Source of the DNA: Candidatus Eiseniibacteriota bacterium
GTDB taxonomy: Bacteria > Eisenbacteria > RBG-16-71-46
Assembly: GCA_031366795.1 (NCBI GenBank)
Contig: JANLOX010000245.1
Coordinates: forward strand, 14,020-78,019
Length of the DNA: 64,000 nt
Direction: 5' to 3'
Shown: positions 18,461 through 27,893 of the stretch, one piece after another
Position numbering within the stretch: position 1 is the stretch's first letter
Layout: the number at the start of each line of letters is the position of its first letter
Made by a program: the position numbers and the translations under genes
The notes under the pieces: model-generated
Databases searched by the model: none
Told to the model about the DNA's origin: nothing
Seen by the model: only the letters and a program-made list of their open reading frames with translations

Positions 18461-19333
18461 ATGAGATTGCGGGCGACCGCTGGCGCGGGACGCGCGGGAC
18501 GCGCGGGATGCGCGGGACGCGACGCCTCGAGCTGGATGGTGCTGTCGGTGTGCGCCAGCGGACTGTTGCTCGTGTTCCTGGGGCTGCCCTTTGTCAGCCT
18601 GCTGTTGCGCGCCTCACCCTCACAACTGCTTGAGCATCTCACCCACCCCACGGTCTTGTCGGCCCTGCGTTTGAGTCTTGTGACCGCAGCGAGTTCGACG
18701 CTGTTGACCGTGGTGTTCGGCACCCCGCTCGCCTGGCTGCTGGCCACACGCGAGTTCCGGGGCAAACGTGTCATCGAAACGCTGGTCGACCTGCCGATGG
18801 TCCTGCCACCCACCGTGGCGGGCTTCGCCTTGCTCCTGGCTTTTGGCCGCATGGGGCTGGCGGGACGCGCGCTCGATGCAGTGGGCATCCACCTGCCCTT
18901 CACGACACTGGGAGTGGTGGCGGCCCAGTTGTTCATGTCCGTGCCCTTCTACGTGTCCCCCGCGCGCGCGGGGTTCGCCGCGGTGGACCGCCGCTACCTC
19001 GATGCGGCGGCAACGCTCGGCGCTTCGGAAACCTTCCGCTTCACCCGCGTGGTGCTGCCGCTCGCGCGTCCCGCGCTGATTGCCGGCATCGCCATGGCGA
19101 CGGCGCGCGCCTTGGGCGAGTTCGGCGCCACCATCATGTTCGCCGGCAACCTCCCCGGCACGACGCAGACCATGCCGCTCGCGGTCTATGTCGCGATGAA
19201 TTCCGATCTCGATACCGCCATCGTGCTTGCCATCCTGCTGTTGGTGATGTCGTTCACCCTGTTGCTGGGTCTACGCGCCTCGCCTTCGACCTTCCTGTGG
19301 AACCGCGGCCGTGCTGCAAGTCCAGCTTCGTAA
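18461..19333 (+). CDS. modB: Molybdate ABC transporter permease
   Basis: ALRLSL.TA, DLPMVLPPTVAGFALL, AATLGAS (EAA loop), ARALGEFGATIMFAGNLPG.TQTMPLAVY. Exact start uncertain. Confidence 0.9.
   Translation: MRLRATAGAGRAGRAGCAGRDASSWMVLSVCASGLLLVFLGLPFVSLLLRASPSQLLEHLTHPTVLSALRLSLVTAASSTLLTVVFGTPLAWLLATREFRGKRVIETLVDLPMVLPPTVAGFALLLAFGRMGLAGRALDAVGIHLPFTTLGVVAAQLFMSVPFYVSPARAGFAAVDRRYLDAAATLGASETFRFTRVVLPLARPALIAGIAMATARALGEFGATIMFAGNLPGTTQTMPLAVYVAMNSDLDTAIVLAILLLVMSFTLLLGLRASPSTFLWNRGRAASPAS
18485..18520 (+). repeat. 9-bp tandem repeat x4 (GCGGGAYGC)
   Basis: GCGGGACGC GCGGGACGC GCGGGATGC GCGGGACGC, in frame in the modB N-terminus (AGR AGR AGC AGR). Confidence 0.85.
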
Positions 19334-20384
19334 GCGGCTGGGCGCGTTCGAGCTCGAGGCGAGCTTCGAGGCCGCCCTGCCCGGCACGCTCGTGCTGGTC
19401 GGTGAGAGCGGCTCGGGCAAGTCCACACTGCTGAAGTTGCTGGCGGGATTGCAGGAACCCGACGCCGGTTTCATTCGGCTGGACGGGACCGCCGCGGTCG
19501 ATGTGGCGAGCGGAGCGTGGCAACCGGCGCGCCTGCGACGGATCGGCTACGTCGCCCAGGACTACGCGCTGTTTCCCCACCTGCGTGTGCGCGACAATGT
19601 CGCATTCGGCCTGCGCGCCACGGGCGTGCTGCGCTACGAGGTGGCGGCGCGCGTGGAGCGCACGCTCGGCCGCCTGGGGCTCGCGGCGCTGGCCTCGCGG
19701 TGGCCGCACGAATTGTCCGGGGGCCAGCAGCAACGCGTGGCGTTGGCGCGGGCACTGGTGATCGAGCCGCGGTTATTGCTGCTCGATGAACCCCTCGCGG
19801 CGCTCGACCAGCGGACCCGCCGCGAAGTGCGGCGCGAGTTGCGCGTGCTGATGAGCGAACTGCCGTGTCTCACGATCCTCGTCACGCACAGCCCGGCGGA
19901 TGCCGTGGCGCTCGGGGAGCAGATCGTCGTGCTCGAGGGCGGGCGCATCACGCAGGCCGGCTCGCGCCAGGACATGCTGCAGCGGCCACGCACGCCTTAC
20001 GTGGCGGAGTTCCTCGGCACCAATTTGTTCGCGGCACGGGTCGTCCCGGGAGCCGTCGGGGCGCCGGTGCGGCTGGACGTCGATGGCGCCGAACTCGCGG
20101 TCGCCGATGGCGCGGAAGTGGGCGACGTCATGGCGGTCGTGGATCCGCGCGACATCACCCTGTCGCGCGAGCGGCCCTCGGGCAGCGCCCAGAATGTGCT
20201 GCCCGGCGCTGTCATCGAGTTGACGCCCGAGCCGCCGAGCGGCGATCGCGTGCGCGTTGCGCTGGCGACGCGACCACCGCTGGTGGCCGAGATCACCCAT
20301 GCCGCCGCCGAGCGGCTGGGACTGGCGCCGGGCGTGCCGGTGTTCGCTTCGTTCAAGGCGACCGGCGTGCGCGTGTTCCGCTAG
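19311..20384 (+). CDS. modC: Molybdate ABC transporter ATP-binding protein with C-terminal TOBE
   Basis: GESGSGKST, LSGGQQQRVALARAL, LLLDEP, VTH; C-terminal SAQNVLPG...FKATGV. Confidence 0.88.
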   Translation: MLQVQLRKRLGAFELEASFEAALPGTLVLVGESGSGKSTLLKLLAGLQEPDAGFIRLDGTAAVDVASGAWQPARLRRIGYVAQDYALFPHLRVRDNVAFGLRATGVLRYEVAARVERTLGRLGLAALASRWPHELSGGQQQRVALARALVIEPRLLLLDEPLAALDQRTRREVRRELRVLMSELPCLTILVTHSPADAVALGEQIVVLEGGRITQAGSRQDMLQRPRTPYVAEFLGTNLFAARVVPGAVGAPVRLDVDGAELAVADGAEVGDVMAVVDPRDITLSRERPSGSAQNVLPGAVIELTPEPPSGDRVRVALATRPPLVAEITHAAAERLGLAPGVPVFASFKATGVRVFR

Positions 20385-20401
20385 CCAGTCGCCCCTCCGC
20401 C

Positions 20402-20974
20402 TCAGCGGTGTGTCGAGTCCGCGGCAGCTGGCGCTGCCGCGGGTGCCGCGGCTTCGGTCTGGACTTTGAGCTGGGCCAATCCCTTCTCGAAGTCCTTGCC
20501 CACTGCCTGGTCCATGCTCATGAACAGGCTGATGGCCTTGGTCGTGAAGCTCTGGTCACCGTCCATCGACCAGGTGACCTGGGTGCCGTTCGGCGCGGGC
20601 AGGAATGCGAAGGTGGCGACACTCGTGCTGGCGAACGGCTTGATGAAGTCGAGCTTGATCGCGATGTTCTGGTTGGGCACAGATTCCAGGATGGTCATCT
20701 GGCCTTCGCCGACATCCTTGTTGCCCACCCAATGATAGATCGCGCCCTTGCCGGAGTCCGTTCCGCTGTAGGCCACGGTCATGCGTGGATCGATCTTTCC
20801 CCACGGTGACCAAGCTTGCCAGTGATGGAAGTCGTTCACCAACGCGAACGCCGGGGCCGCCGGGCCGGCGAGAGTCGTGGAGCGCTCGACGTGGTAGGTG
20901 TTGGGGCGCGTGAAGATGAACACCAGCAATGCCGCAATGATGACGAAGAACACGGGTAGCAATCGCTTCAGCAT
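20402..20974 (-). CDS. SRPBCC (polyketide cyclase/START-like) family protein
   Basis: N-terminal TM, VERSTT, WQAWSPW..IDP, G.GA.Y.W.GN..VGEG.MTI, VTWSM, GKDFEKGLAQLK; GGAGG RBS. Confidence 0.88.
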   Translation of the reverse strand: MLKRLLPVFFVIIAALLVFIFTRPNTYHVERSTTLAGPAAPAFALVNDFHHWQAWSPWGKIDPRMTVAYSGTDSGKGAIYHWVGNKDVGEGQMTILESVPNQNIAIKLDFIKPFASTSVATFAFLPAPNGTQVTWSMDGDQSFTTKAISLFMSMDQAVGKDFEKGLAQLKVQTEAAAPAAAPAAADSTHR

Positions 20975-21044
20975 GGAACCCTCCTAGAGCGTTGCGCGGC
21001 AGGCGCAACGGCGGCGGACTCTAGCGGATTGCGGGGTGGGGTTC

Positions 21045-21104
21045 CTATTCGAATCTCAAGGCTTCGATCGGGTTCAGCGAAGCCGCGCGCCGCGCGAACC
21101 ACAC
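21045..21104 (-). pseudogene. C-terminal remnant of a MacB/FtsX-family ABC permease
   Basis: Minus strand reads VWFARRAASLNPIEALRFE*, the typical MacB-permease ending (PA.RAA.L.P.EALR.E*); no permease body upstream. Confidence 0.6.
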
Positions 21105-21171
21105 GCGGCAGCATCCTGCAAGCTGCCCGGCCGATGCATCCCGAAGGGTTTACGGGGTTTGCCTCTCGCAC

Positions 21172-21303
21172 CACGCTGTTGTTCCTGCCCATCGCCGGTC
21201 TCGCCTCGCTGTTCGCGGGTCTCGTCGTGGTGCGCTTGCTGGTGCGGCGCCTGCGTGGCATCACCCACGAGTTGGCGACGCCGTTGAGCTCGATTCGGGC
21301 GGG
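21172..21303 (+). pseudogene. Sensor histidine kinase remnant (TM2 joined directly to the H-box)
   Basis: TLLFLPIAGLASLFAGLVVVRLLVRRLR-GITHELATPLSSIR; HAMP and HATPase domains are absent. Confidence 0.55.
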
Positions 21304-21319
21304 TGGTGCTCGGTGGCTG

Positions 21320-21670
21320 CTAGAGCACCCACTCCATCTCGTCGTTGCGCGGCTGGAAACCGTGAGCGCGGTACACATTCATGCTGTAGCCCTCGCGGGT
21401 GCGCGGGTTCCGTGGGCTCGGTAGCCGCGGGTAGTCGAGCAGGATGGCGGAGGCACACGCAGCGCCATCGGGGGAGAATGCAAGCCACGCGCTGGCCCCG
21501 GCAGAACTCATCATCGACCCGAGCTGTATGCTGCAAGCCGTTGCAAACGTATTCGTTGCGAAACCTTCTGGAAGCTCTCCCAGCTCTGTGAACAGCGCGA
21601 TCCGCGCGGCGGTCAGCGCCTCGAGATCCGTGAGCGTCGCACGCCGGATCACCAGCTCGGGTTCCGCCAT
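21320..21670 (-). pseudogene. GNAT acetyltransferase with internal in-frame deletion
   Basis: IRRAT..DLEAL...PSPRNPRTREGYSMNVY is joined to RAHGFQPRNDEM; acetyl-CoA motif A (R/QxxGxA) and the following helix/strand are missing; 116 aa. Confidence 0.65.
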
Positions 21671-21695
21671 GAGCGCGTGCCGACCCCAGCGCCCT

Positions 21696-24380
21696 CTAGC
21701 GTTCGACGACCCAGCGGCGCACGCGGCGGCCCGCAGGGGTGTCAAGTCGCACGAGGTAAACGCCGGGTTGCGTAACTCCCCCCCGCGCCATCGTCCAGTT
21801 GGCGGAGTGGCGCCCTGCGGCCATCATCCCCTCGGCGAGGCGCGCCACTTCGCGTCCCTGCAAGTCGACGACGGTGAGCCGCACGTTCGCCTCGCGCGGC
21901 AAAGTGAAGAACACGCGAGCCGCGCGCGACACCGGGTTGGGGGCCAGCGGCTCGATGGCGAAATCCCTTCCCCTCCCATTCGGCGCCGAGAGGACGCCGT
22001 GGATGGTGAAGGCCGACGTGCTGTGATCCGTTCCGGTGAAACCATCCGCGTCGTGAACCGTGGCGCGAACCACCGCGGAGTCCGTCCCGGCGCCCGCGAC
22101 CGTCCAAGCGTATAGACCGGTGTTCGGGACTCCCATGGCGATCGCTTCGTAGGGCCCACCGAGCCCAGTGCGCGACAACTCGATATCGACGGTCGCCGTA
22201 GGGACGCTGTCGGAGACGGCCCACGTGATGTTCGCGCTCGTCCCCACCGTCATGGTCTCGCCGCCATTGGGAGCGGTAAGGTCGATCACCGGGATGAAAT
22301 CCGCCTCGAGGTAAATGGGGCCATCGACGGTCACGGTCAAGGGATTCGCCGTGGACGACTGGTCACCCGCCCACGCGCTAAATGCGTAGCCGGGTCTTGG
22401 ATTCGCCGTCAGCGTCACGTTCGAGAAGTAATCATACAGCGGCAGGTCGGGCTGGCGCGCGATGGTGCCATGTACCACCGGCACGGCAGCCACCGCAAAC
22501 TGGTCGGAGGCGAAGTGAGCCACCACCGCGGCGCTCGCATTGAGGACGAGCGAAGCGGGGTTCGTGATGCCGGTGAGGGCACCGCTCCAGCCGGTGAAGT
22601 GCGCGGCGCCATTCGCCGTGGCCGTCAGTGTCACGCTCGTACCCGGTGCGTATTCCACCTGGTTGGGCGTCCACGCGACCGCACCCGGGCCGTCGATCGT
22701 CACCGAGAGCGTGTAGAGGCTGACGACGAATGTCGCGGAGATGGTGTGCGCCGCCAACACATTCGAGAACGTGTAGCTGGAGAGCGCTCCCACCGCGACG
22801 CCGTCCACCGTGAGGCCGGCGATGCGAAAGCCCGCATCGGCGGTGATCGCGAACGACTGGCTTACGGCATAGGGGACCATTACTGCTCCCGCAGGCGATA
22901 TCTGCCCGTGCGTCCCGGCGCTCGCGGTGATCGTGTACATCCGCACCCCGAAACTTGCGTCGAGCGTGTGATTCGTTAGCACATTGACGAACGTGTAGCT
23001 GGCGACGGCCCCGACGGAGAGCCCATCGACCAGCACATTCGCGACCTGGAAACCGGTGAAGGCGCTGAGCGTGTAGAGCTGGGCGGCGCCCTGGCTCACC
23101 GCCGTGATCCCGCTCGGCGCAACGGAACCGCCGGAGCCAGCAGTAGAAGTGATATGCCACTTGCTCACGGTAAAATTGGCATTGCCGGCATCTGCCGCCG
23201 AATTATTCGCCCCATCGCGCGCGGTGGCGCGAATACGGAACGCGGTGCCTTCGGCGGTGTTGACGGTCCAAGCGTAGGAGCCGGTGTTGGCGAGATTGCC
23301 CGCGAGGGCCGTCGGGTACGTGGCGCCGCCATCCAACGACAGGCTCAAGTCGATGAGCACGCCGCCGGCATTGTCACTGGCGGTCCAGGTGATGGAGTGC
23401 GTCGAACCGGCCTTCCAGTCCTCCCCGCCATTCGGTGAGGTCAGCGTGATCACCGGGGGAATCGTGTCCAGCACGGTGACTTTCCGCGTGGCCCACAACG
23501 TGCCATTCAAGATCAGCGTGCTGTCGGTGGCTTCCTCCCAGCCGTTGAAGATACTGGAGTTGCCGGGCTGCGCGGTGCCGTCATCCACCGGGGAGCTATC
23601 GCCGATGAACAGTACACGGCCGGAGCCATAGACCGACGATGCCACCATGGCATTGGTCGTGCTGCCCTTCGCTGTACCCGTCATCCACACCTCCCCGCGA
23701 ACGCTGGGGTTGGCCGCCGGGTAGAGTGTCATCGTCGTGCCGTTGTGGAAAGCGAAGCTGCCCACGGTGCCGTAGGCGCCGGCGATGATCGAATCACCGA
23801 AGGTGATGTTCAGGTTCGAGGACGTCTCGACGATGTTGTTGTTCGCATCGGTCGAGATGCCGAAGTGAACGCCCAATAGATGCGTCGGGTCCAGCGCGTT
23901 CCAGGCGATCGGGGAATCCACGCCATCGCTGTTGCGATCCGATCCCGAGTGGTCGCTGATCGCCACGAGCCCGCCGCCGTCGCGCACGAAATTGAGGATC
24001 GCCGTGGCCTCGGCGGCGCTGAAGGATGAATTCGGCTCGTCGACGATCAGCACGTCGTAGTTCGAAAGGTCGTAAGGGTTCGAGGTGTTCTGGTAAGTGA
24101 GCGCGCTGGTGTTCGTCGCGACGGTGTAGCCGAGTTTGACGAGGTTGATCCCGTACGTCGATATCGCGCCGAGCCAGTAATTGTCGGGAGTGCTCGCGGT
24201 GATCGCCGACTGCGTAGGCACGGGAATCGGCTGCTCGGTGTCGATGATCCAGTCGGCGTTGCCGGCGGTCTGGGCGTGAAAATTGTCGAACAACGCGCGC
24301 TTGGCGGCGGCGGCCGGAAGGGCGAACAGGATGAACGACAGCACAAGCACTGGCAGGCTGTGGAAGAACTTCCGGGGCAT
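21696..24380 (-). CDS. Secreted modular protein: GATase/DUF4350-like N-domain, PNGGE Ig-like modules, InlB-B-type repeats, FlgD-Ig C-terminal domain
   Basis: Signal peptide; LFDNFHAQTAGNADW, YDVLIVDEPN, FVRDGGGL..ISDH, GRVLFIGDSS; repeats TLTATA...FTGWSG; C-terminus APNP..VDLQGREVA..PGVYLVRL. Confidence 0.75.
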   Translation of the reverse strand: MPRKFFHSLPVLVLSFILFALPAAAAKRALFDNFHAQTAGNADWIIDTEQPIPVPTQSAITASTPDNYWLGAISTYGINLVKLGYTVATNTSALTYQNTSNPYDLSNYDVLIVDEPNSSFSAAEATAILNFVRDGGGLVAISDHSGSDRNSDGVDSPIAWNALDPTHLLGVHFGISTDANNNIVETSSNLNITFGDSIIAGAYGTVGSFAFHNGTTMTLYPAANPSVRGEVWMTGTAKGSTTNAMVASSVYGSGRVLFIGDSSPVDDGTAQPGNSSIFNGWEEATDSTLILNGTLWATRKVTVLDTIPPVITLTSPNGGEDWKAGSTHSITWTASDNAGGVLIDLSLSLDGGATYPTALAGNLANTGSYAWTVNTAEGTAFRIRATARDGANNSAADAGNANFTVSKWHITSTAGSGGSVAPSGITAVSQGAAQLYTLSAFTGFQVANVLVDGLSVGAVASYTFVNVLTNHTLDASFGVRMYTITASAGTHGQISPAGAVMVPYAVSQSFAITADAGFRIAGLTVDGVAVGALSSYTFSNVLAAHTISATFVVSLYTLSVTIDGPGAVAWTPNQVEYAPGTSVTLTATANGAAHFTGWSGALTGITNPASLVLNASAAVVAHFASDQFAVAAVPVVHGTIARQPDLPLYDYFSNVTLTANPRPGYAFSAWAGDQSSTANPLTVTVDGPIYLEADFIPVIDLTAPNGGETMTVGTSANITWAVSDSVPTATVDIELSRTGLGGPYEAIAMGVPNTGLYAWTVAGAGTDSAVVRATVHDADGFTGTDHSTSAFTIHGVLSAPNGRGRDFAIEPLAPNPVSRAARVFFTLPREANVRLTVVDLQGREVARLAEGMMAAGRHSANWTMARGGVTQPGVYLVRLDTPAGRRVRRWVVER

Positions 24381-24530
24381 CTAGGGGGTCGCCTTTCCCG
24401 GGGGTGTGGGCGGCACATGGAGTAAAAGGGCGCACGGCTCATTTACCCAGACGACTGGCTCCGGAGGGAGGGTCGCGAGCGCACCAATTCTACTGCTCCG
24501 CGCGGTACTACGGCAACGAGTCTAATGCCC

Positions 24531-25385
24531 CTACCTTGTCGTTCCCATGACGCGCTGCAGCACGCTGCCGGCATCGAGCGTCAGGCCCACCTGCGCGGTG
24601 ATCGCGTCGGGTCCGACACCGCCGTCAGTGTCGGCGCCCAGCTCGACGAAGATGCGCAACGGCGAGCCCATGGGAGGGCCGGGAATCGTCCCGGGCTTGC
24701 CCGCCACCGGCCGGGCCGCGGGCAACGGGCTTCCCGCCGGGCCCAGCAGGGTCTGGATGCGAAAGCGCGCGGCCCACCGGTTGGAGGCGTCGTCGAGGCC
24801 CCACGATTCGTTGTGTCCGTACGCCATCTCTGCGAGCGAACCCTGGAACAACCCTTGGGTCCGGTCGAAACCGAATACCACCTGCTTGAGCCGCAGGAAG
24901 TCCTGCGCCTTGCCGCCCGCGACCACCATCCCACCCTGGTACCCCGCGTAGAATTCCGCCCCTGCATTCGGGTCGATGATGGCCATCGGCACATGCAGGG
25001 CGAAGCCCGCATTCATTTCCACCACCGGCGTCACCTTGAGTGTGAACGGAGTGCCGGCGCCACCGGGCGAGGCGAGGATCGCCACCGCGCGGCGAGTGGT
25101 GAGCGCGCCACCCACGATGTGAATGGAGGGCTGGGCGGGTGCCATCAGCGGCAACTCGGCCACGCGGAAATCGAAGCCGAGCACGGCGCGATTCGCATGG
25201 GTCAGGCTCAGCCGGAGGCTGTCGGCCAGCGGGGAGTTCAGGCGGTCGGCCTGGTACGCCGCGGACATCGTCAGGTGGAACGGTTCGGAATCCGCCGCAT
25301 AGGCGGCGGGCACGGCGCCCAGCGCGAACGCGCATGCGAGTACGAGTACCAGGCACCGGCGGACGCGCAATGAATGGACGGACAT
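24531..25385 (-). CDS. Hypothetical exported protein
   Basis: Signal peptide (RRCLVLVLACAFALGAVPAAYA); beta-strand-like alternating pattern; start inferred. Confidence 0.6.
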   Translation of the reverse strand: MSVHSLRVRRCLVLVLACAFALGAVPAAYAADSEPFHLTMSAAYQADRLNSPLADSLRLSLTHANRAVLGFDFRVAELPLMAPAQPSIHIVGGALTTRRAVAILASPGGAGTPFTLKVTPVVEMNAGFALHVPMAIIDPNAGAEFYAGYQGGMVVAGGKAQDFLRLKQVVFGFDRTQGLFQGSLAEMAYGHNESWGLDDASNRWAARFRIQTLLGPAGSPLPAARPVAGKPGTIPGPPMGSPLRIFVELGADTDGGVGPDAITAQVGLTLDAGSVLQRVMGTTR

Positions 25386-25533
25386 CGGAGGAGGCCCTCG
25401 CGGAAGACAACCGGACGAACGGTGAAGGTAGTCACGGATGTTTTCGGCAGCAGGCCGCCCGCGCGTGAGCGCTGCTTTGCCCTGACTCCAGCACCCCAGG
25501 GGCGTGGCTTCGGGGCACTTGAACGATGATTGC

Positions 25534-26745
25534 CTAGGGGCCGGCGGCGAAGCGGCGGACGTAGTCCTGGAACGCCGCCTCGAGACCGACGTCTCCCTGC
25601 GCGCGCTCCGAGAGAAACCATTTGTGCTCGAGCACCTGGCAGAACAACTCGACGGGTTCGCCACCGGCCTCAATGGGCTGCTGGAGTGCGGCGAGCGTCG
25701 GTTCCCAGCGGGTGTTCTGCCAGCGAAACGCGGCCTCCCCCAGCGAGACGCTGCGGCTCGTCTCGCGCACGAGTCGCGCCTGCGTCTCGCGAATGTCATT
25801 GAGCAGCAACTGTGCCTGCCGCTCTTCGGCCACCAGACCCGTCAGGTCGTGCACACGATGGCGGTGGTAGTCGCGGTCCGTGACGAGCGTGCGCATCTTG
25901 AGCTTCGTGCCATCGGCCGCGGGCACGAGTTCGATCTCTCCCACCGAGAAGCCCAGCGCGTTGAGGCTGCGGACCCGTTCCTGGATGCGCCACGTCTCAC
26001 CGGGTGCTACGTCCTCGACGCGGGCAATCTCCGCCCACAATGCGTCGTAACGCTGGCGGATCCGCGCCGCGGCGTCGTCGTCGCGCAGCGAGTCGGGCAA
26101 TCCATTCGCGATGGCGACGTCGGCGAACTCGCCCGCGACGTTTTCGTCCATGATCTCGAGGTCATGGACGCGCCGCCGTTCGGACAGCGACTCGTGCGAT
26201 TCGGCGGTCTCGGCATCCACGAGGTATGCGCCCAACTCCCCCGCATCGCGGCGGAACAGCGTGTTCGAAAGTGAACAGTCGCCCCAGTAGACGCCGGCCA
26301 GGTGCAAGCGCACCAGCAGTCCCGCCAGCGCATCGAGCAATCGCTCGCCATAGCGCAACAAACCGGGATTGGCGAACAGCACGCGGTACGGCAGCGCCCC
26401 GTCGAGGAAGCGTGTCACGAGGATGCCGGCGCGGTCCTCACCCTCGCGCCGCACGAGCGCCCAGCCCACCGCCGTGACCACCGGCAGGCGCCGGGCTTCG
26501 AGTTCGAGGAGTTGCTCGTACTCACGCTTCGCGTCCTGCGCGCCGAGTTCCTTGAACGCGTAGACGCGCGAGTCCCATGCCGCGAAGCGCACCTCGTGAC
26601 GCGAGATACCGCGCGGCAACTCGACGAGCCGCGGGCAAATGCCATCCCACGCGCCCACCGGGACACCCCAGGGCATGTCGAGGAATTCGGGCGTGCCTTC
26701 ACGCAGGTGAAGCTCGAGCAGCCCTGCCGGGGGGCCGGGGGTCAC
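25534..26745 (-). CDS. DUF4032 domain / Kdo-WaaP-like kinase-fold protein
   Basis: RGISRH.VRF, L.GALPYR.LF, LLVRLHLAGVYWGDCSLSNTLFRRDAG...YLVDAET, LEHKWFLSE. Confidence 0.85.
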   Translation of the reverse strand: MTPGPPAGLLELHLREGTPEFLDMPWGVPVGAWDGICPRLVELPRGISRHEVRFAAWDSRVYAFKELGAQDAKREYEQLLELEARRLPVVTAVGWALVRREGEDRAGILVTRFLDGALPYRVLFANPGLLRYGERLLDALAGLLVRLHLAGVYWGDCSLSNTLFRRDAGELGAYLVDAETAESHESLSERRRVHDLEIMDENVAGEFADVAIANGLPDSLRDDDAAARIRQRYDALWAEIARVEDVAPGETWRIQERVRSLNALGFSVGEIELVPAADGTKLKMRTLVTDRDYHRHRVHDLTGLVAEERQAQLLLNDIRETQARLVRETSRSVSLGEAAFRWQNTRWEPTLAALQQPIEAGGEPVELFCQVLEHKWFLSERAQGDVGLEAAFQDYVRRFAAGP

Positions 26746-27695
26746 GGCTTGCCGAGTGCCGTGAGCACGCTGCGCGCGATCGCTGGCACTATACCCCGCT
26801 CATCGCCGTGACCTTCCGTGAAGGTCACGAGCACGAAGCGGCGGCCGTCCTTCAACTGGATGCACGCCGCATCGTGACGCACGCGGCGGGTCCAGCCGGC
26901 CTTGGACCAGAGCTTCATATCAGAAGTGAGCGCGCCGCCCGAGAAGCCACGCCCCTGGTCGTCGGGATCGTCCGCAGGGCGTTGCGGGTCGCGCGCCAAC
27001 ATTTCCATCATCTGCTTGCAGCGCTCCGGCGTGCTGGCGTGTCCCGTCGCAATTTCGCTGAGCAATCGCCCCGTCGCGTCGGTGGTGAGCAGGTTTCGTC
27101 CCGGCGCAAACGCTTGGCTGGCCTGGGTCTCGCGCCCATAGGGGCCATCTCCCCATGGCTTCTTGTTGCAGTTGATTCCTGCGTAGCCTCGCGCGGCGAA
27201 CACGCGGTTCACGGCGTTGCGCTGGTCGGCCCAGGCGGCGAGCCCGAGCGAGTCGAGCTCCGGCCCGCTGGTCGTGCCGGTCAGCACGTCGAGCACATAC
27301 GATGTCGCGTCGTTCGAGGAATCCACGATCATGTCGTGCAGCGCGCGCTGGAGTTCTTCGGAATCGTTCAGGCGATGGGATTCAAGCGCATCGTGCGCGG
27401 CGACCAGATAGAACAGCTTGACGACGCTCGCGGGATAAATAGGCGATTGGCCGCGCGTGCTGGCCCACTCGGCCGTGGGCTTGGAAATGTCGACCAGCGT
27501 GACTGCCACCTGGCTCGTATCCAACGCGGTGGGGCCAAACTCGGTGGTCGCGGCGCGCACGGCATCGTCGACAAAGGCCTGCAGCTTCTGCGAGTGCTTC
27601 GATCCCGGCAGGCCCGCGAGGGTACCCGGCGCGGGGTTCGCGGCTCCTGCGAGCGCACCCAGTACCAGCGTCATCAACACGGTTGAAAGTGTCAT
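26742..27695 (-). CDS. Class A beta-lactamase-like serine hydrolase
   Basis: YPASVVK (SxxK), DSSNDAT (SxN), SKAGW (KTG-like), RHDAA; signal peptide; GGAGG RBS. Confidence 0.88.
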   Translation of the reverse strand: MTLSTVLMTLVLGALAGAANPAPGTLAGLPGSKHSQKLQAFVDDAVRAATTEFGPTALDTSQVAVTLVDISKPTAEWASTRGQSPIYPASVVKLFYLVAAHDALESHRLNDSEELQRALHDMIVDSSNDATSYVLDVLTGTTSGPELDSLGLAAWADQRNAVNRVFAARGYAGINCNKKPWGDGPYGRETQASQAFAPGRNLLTTDATGRLLSEIATGHASTPERCKQMMEMLARDPQRPADDPDDQGRGFSGGALTSDMKLWSKAGWTRRVRHDAACIQLKDGRRFVLVTFTEGHGDERGIVPAIARSVLTALGKP

Positions 27696-27893
27696 GCGGT
27701 CTCCTCCCTTCAAAGGATCGGCGCAGTATACCCTTGGGGCCGCGCAACCCGCAGGCTGCTCACTCGCCTGGGACGACGCTTTCGCAGCATTGGAGCCCGC
27801 GACCGATTCTGCTTAGACTGCGCCGCGCGAACCCGCTGGCCTCCGCGCGCCTGCTCATCGCCGAATTGCGCATCCGATCACGACTGGGAGCCC

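Noticed and set aside
20984..21024. Hairpin CGTTGCGC/GCGCAACG upstream of the SRPBCC gene
   Set aside because: An 8-bp GC-rich stem is expected by chance; at most it is a leftover of the adjacent permease relic.
26742..27695. Bona fide beta-lactamase controlled by the BlaI/M56 pair
   Set aside because: It lies 9 kb away with no operator copy seen upstream; the omega-loop ExxLN motif is not evident, and the M56 protein has no beta-lactam sensor.
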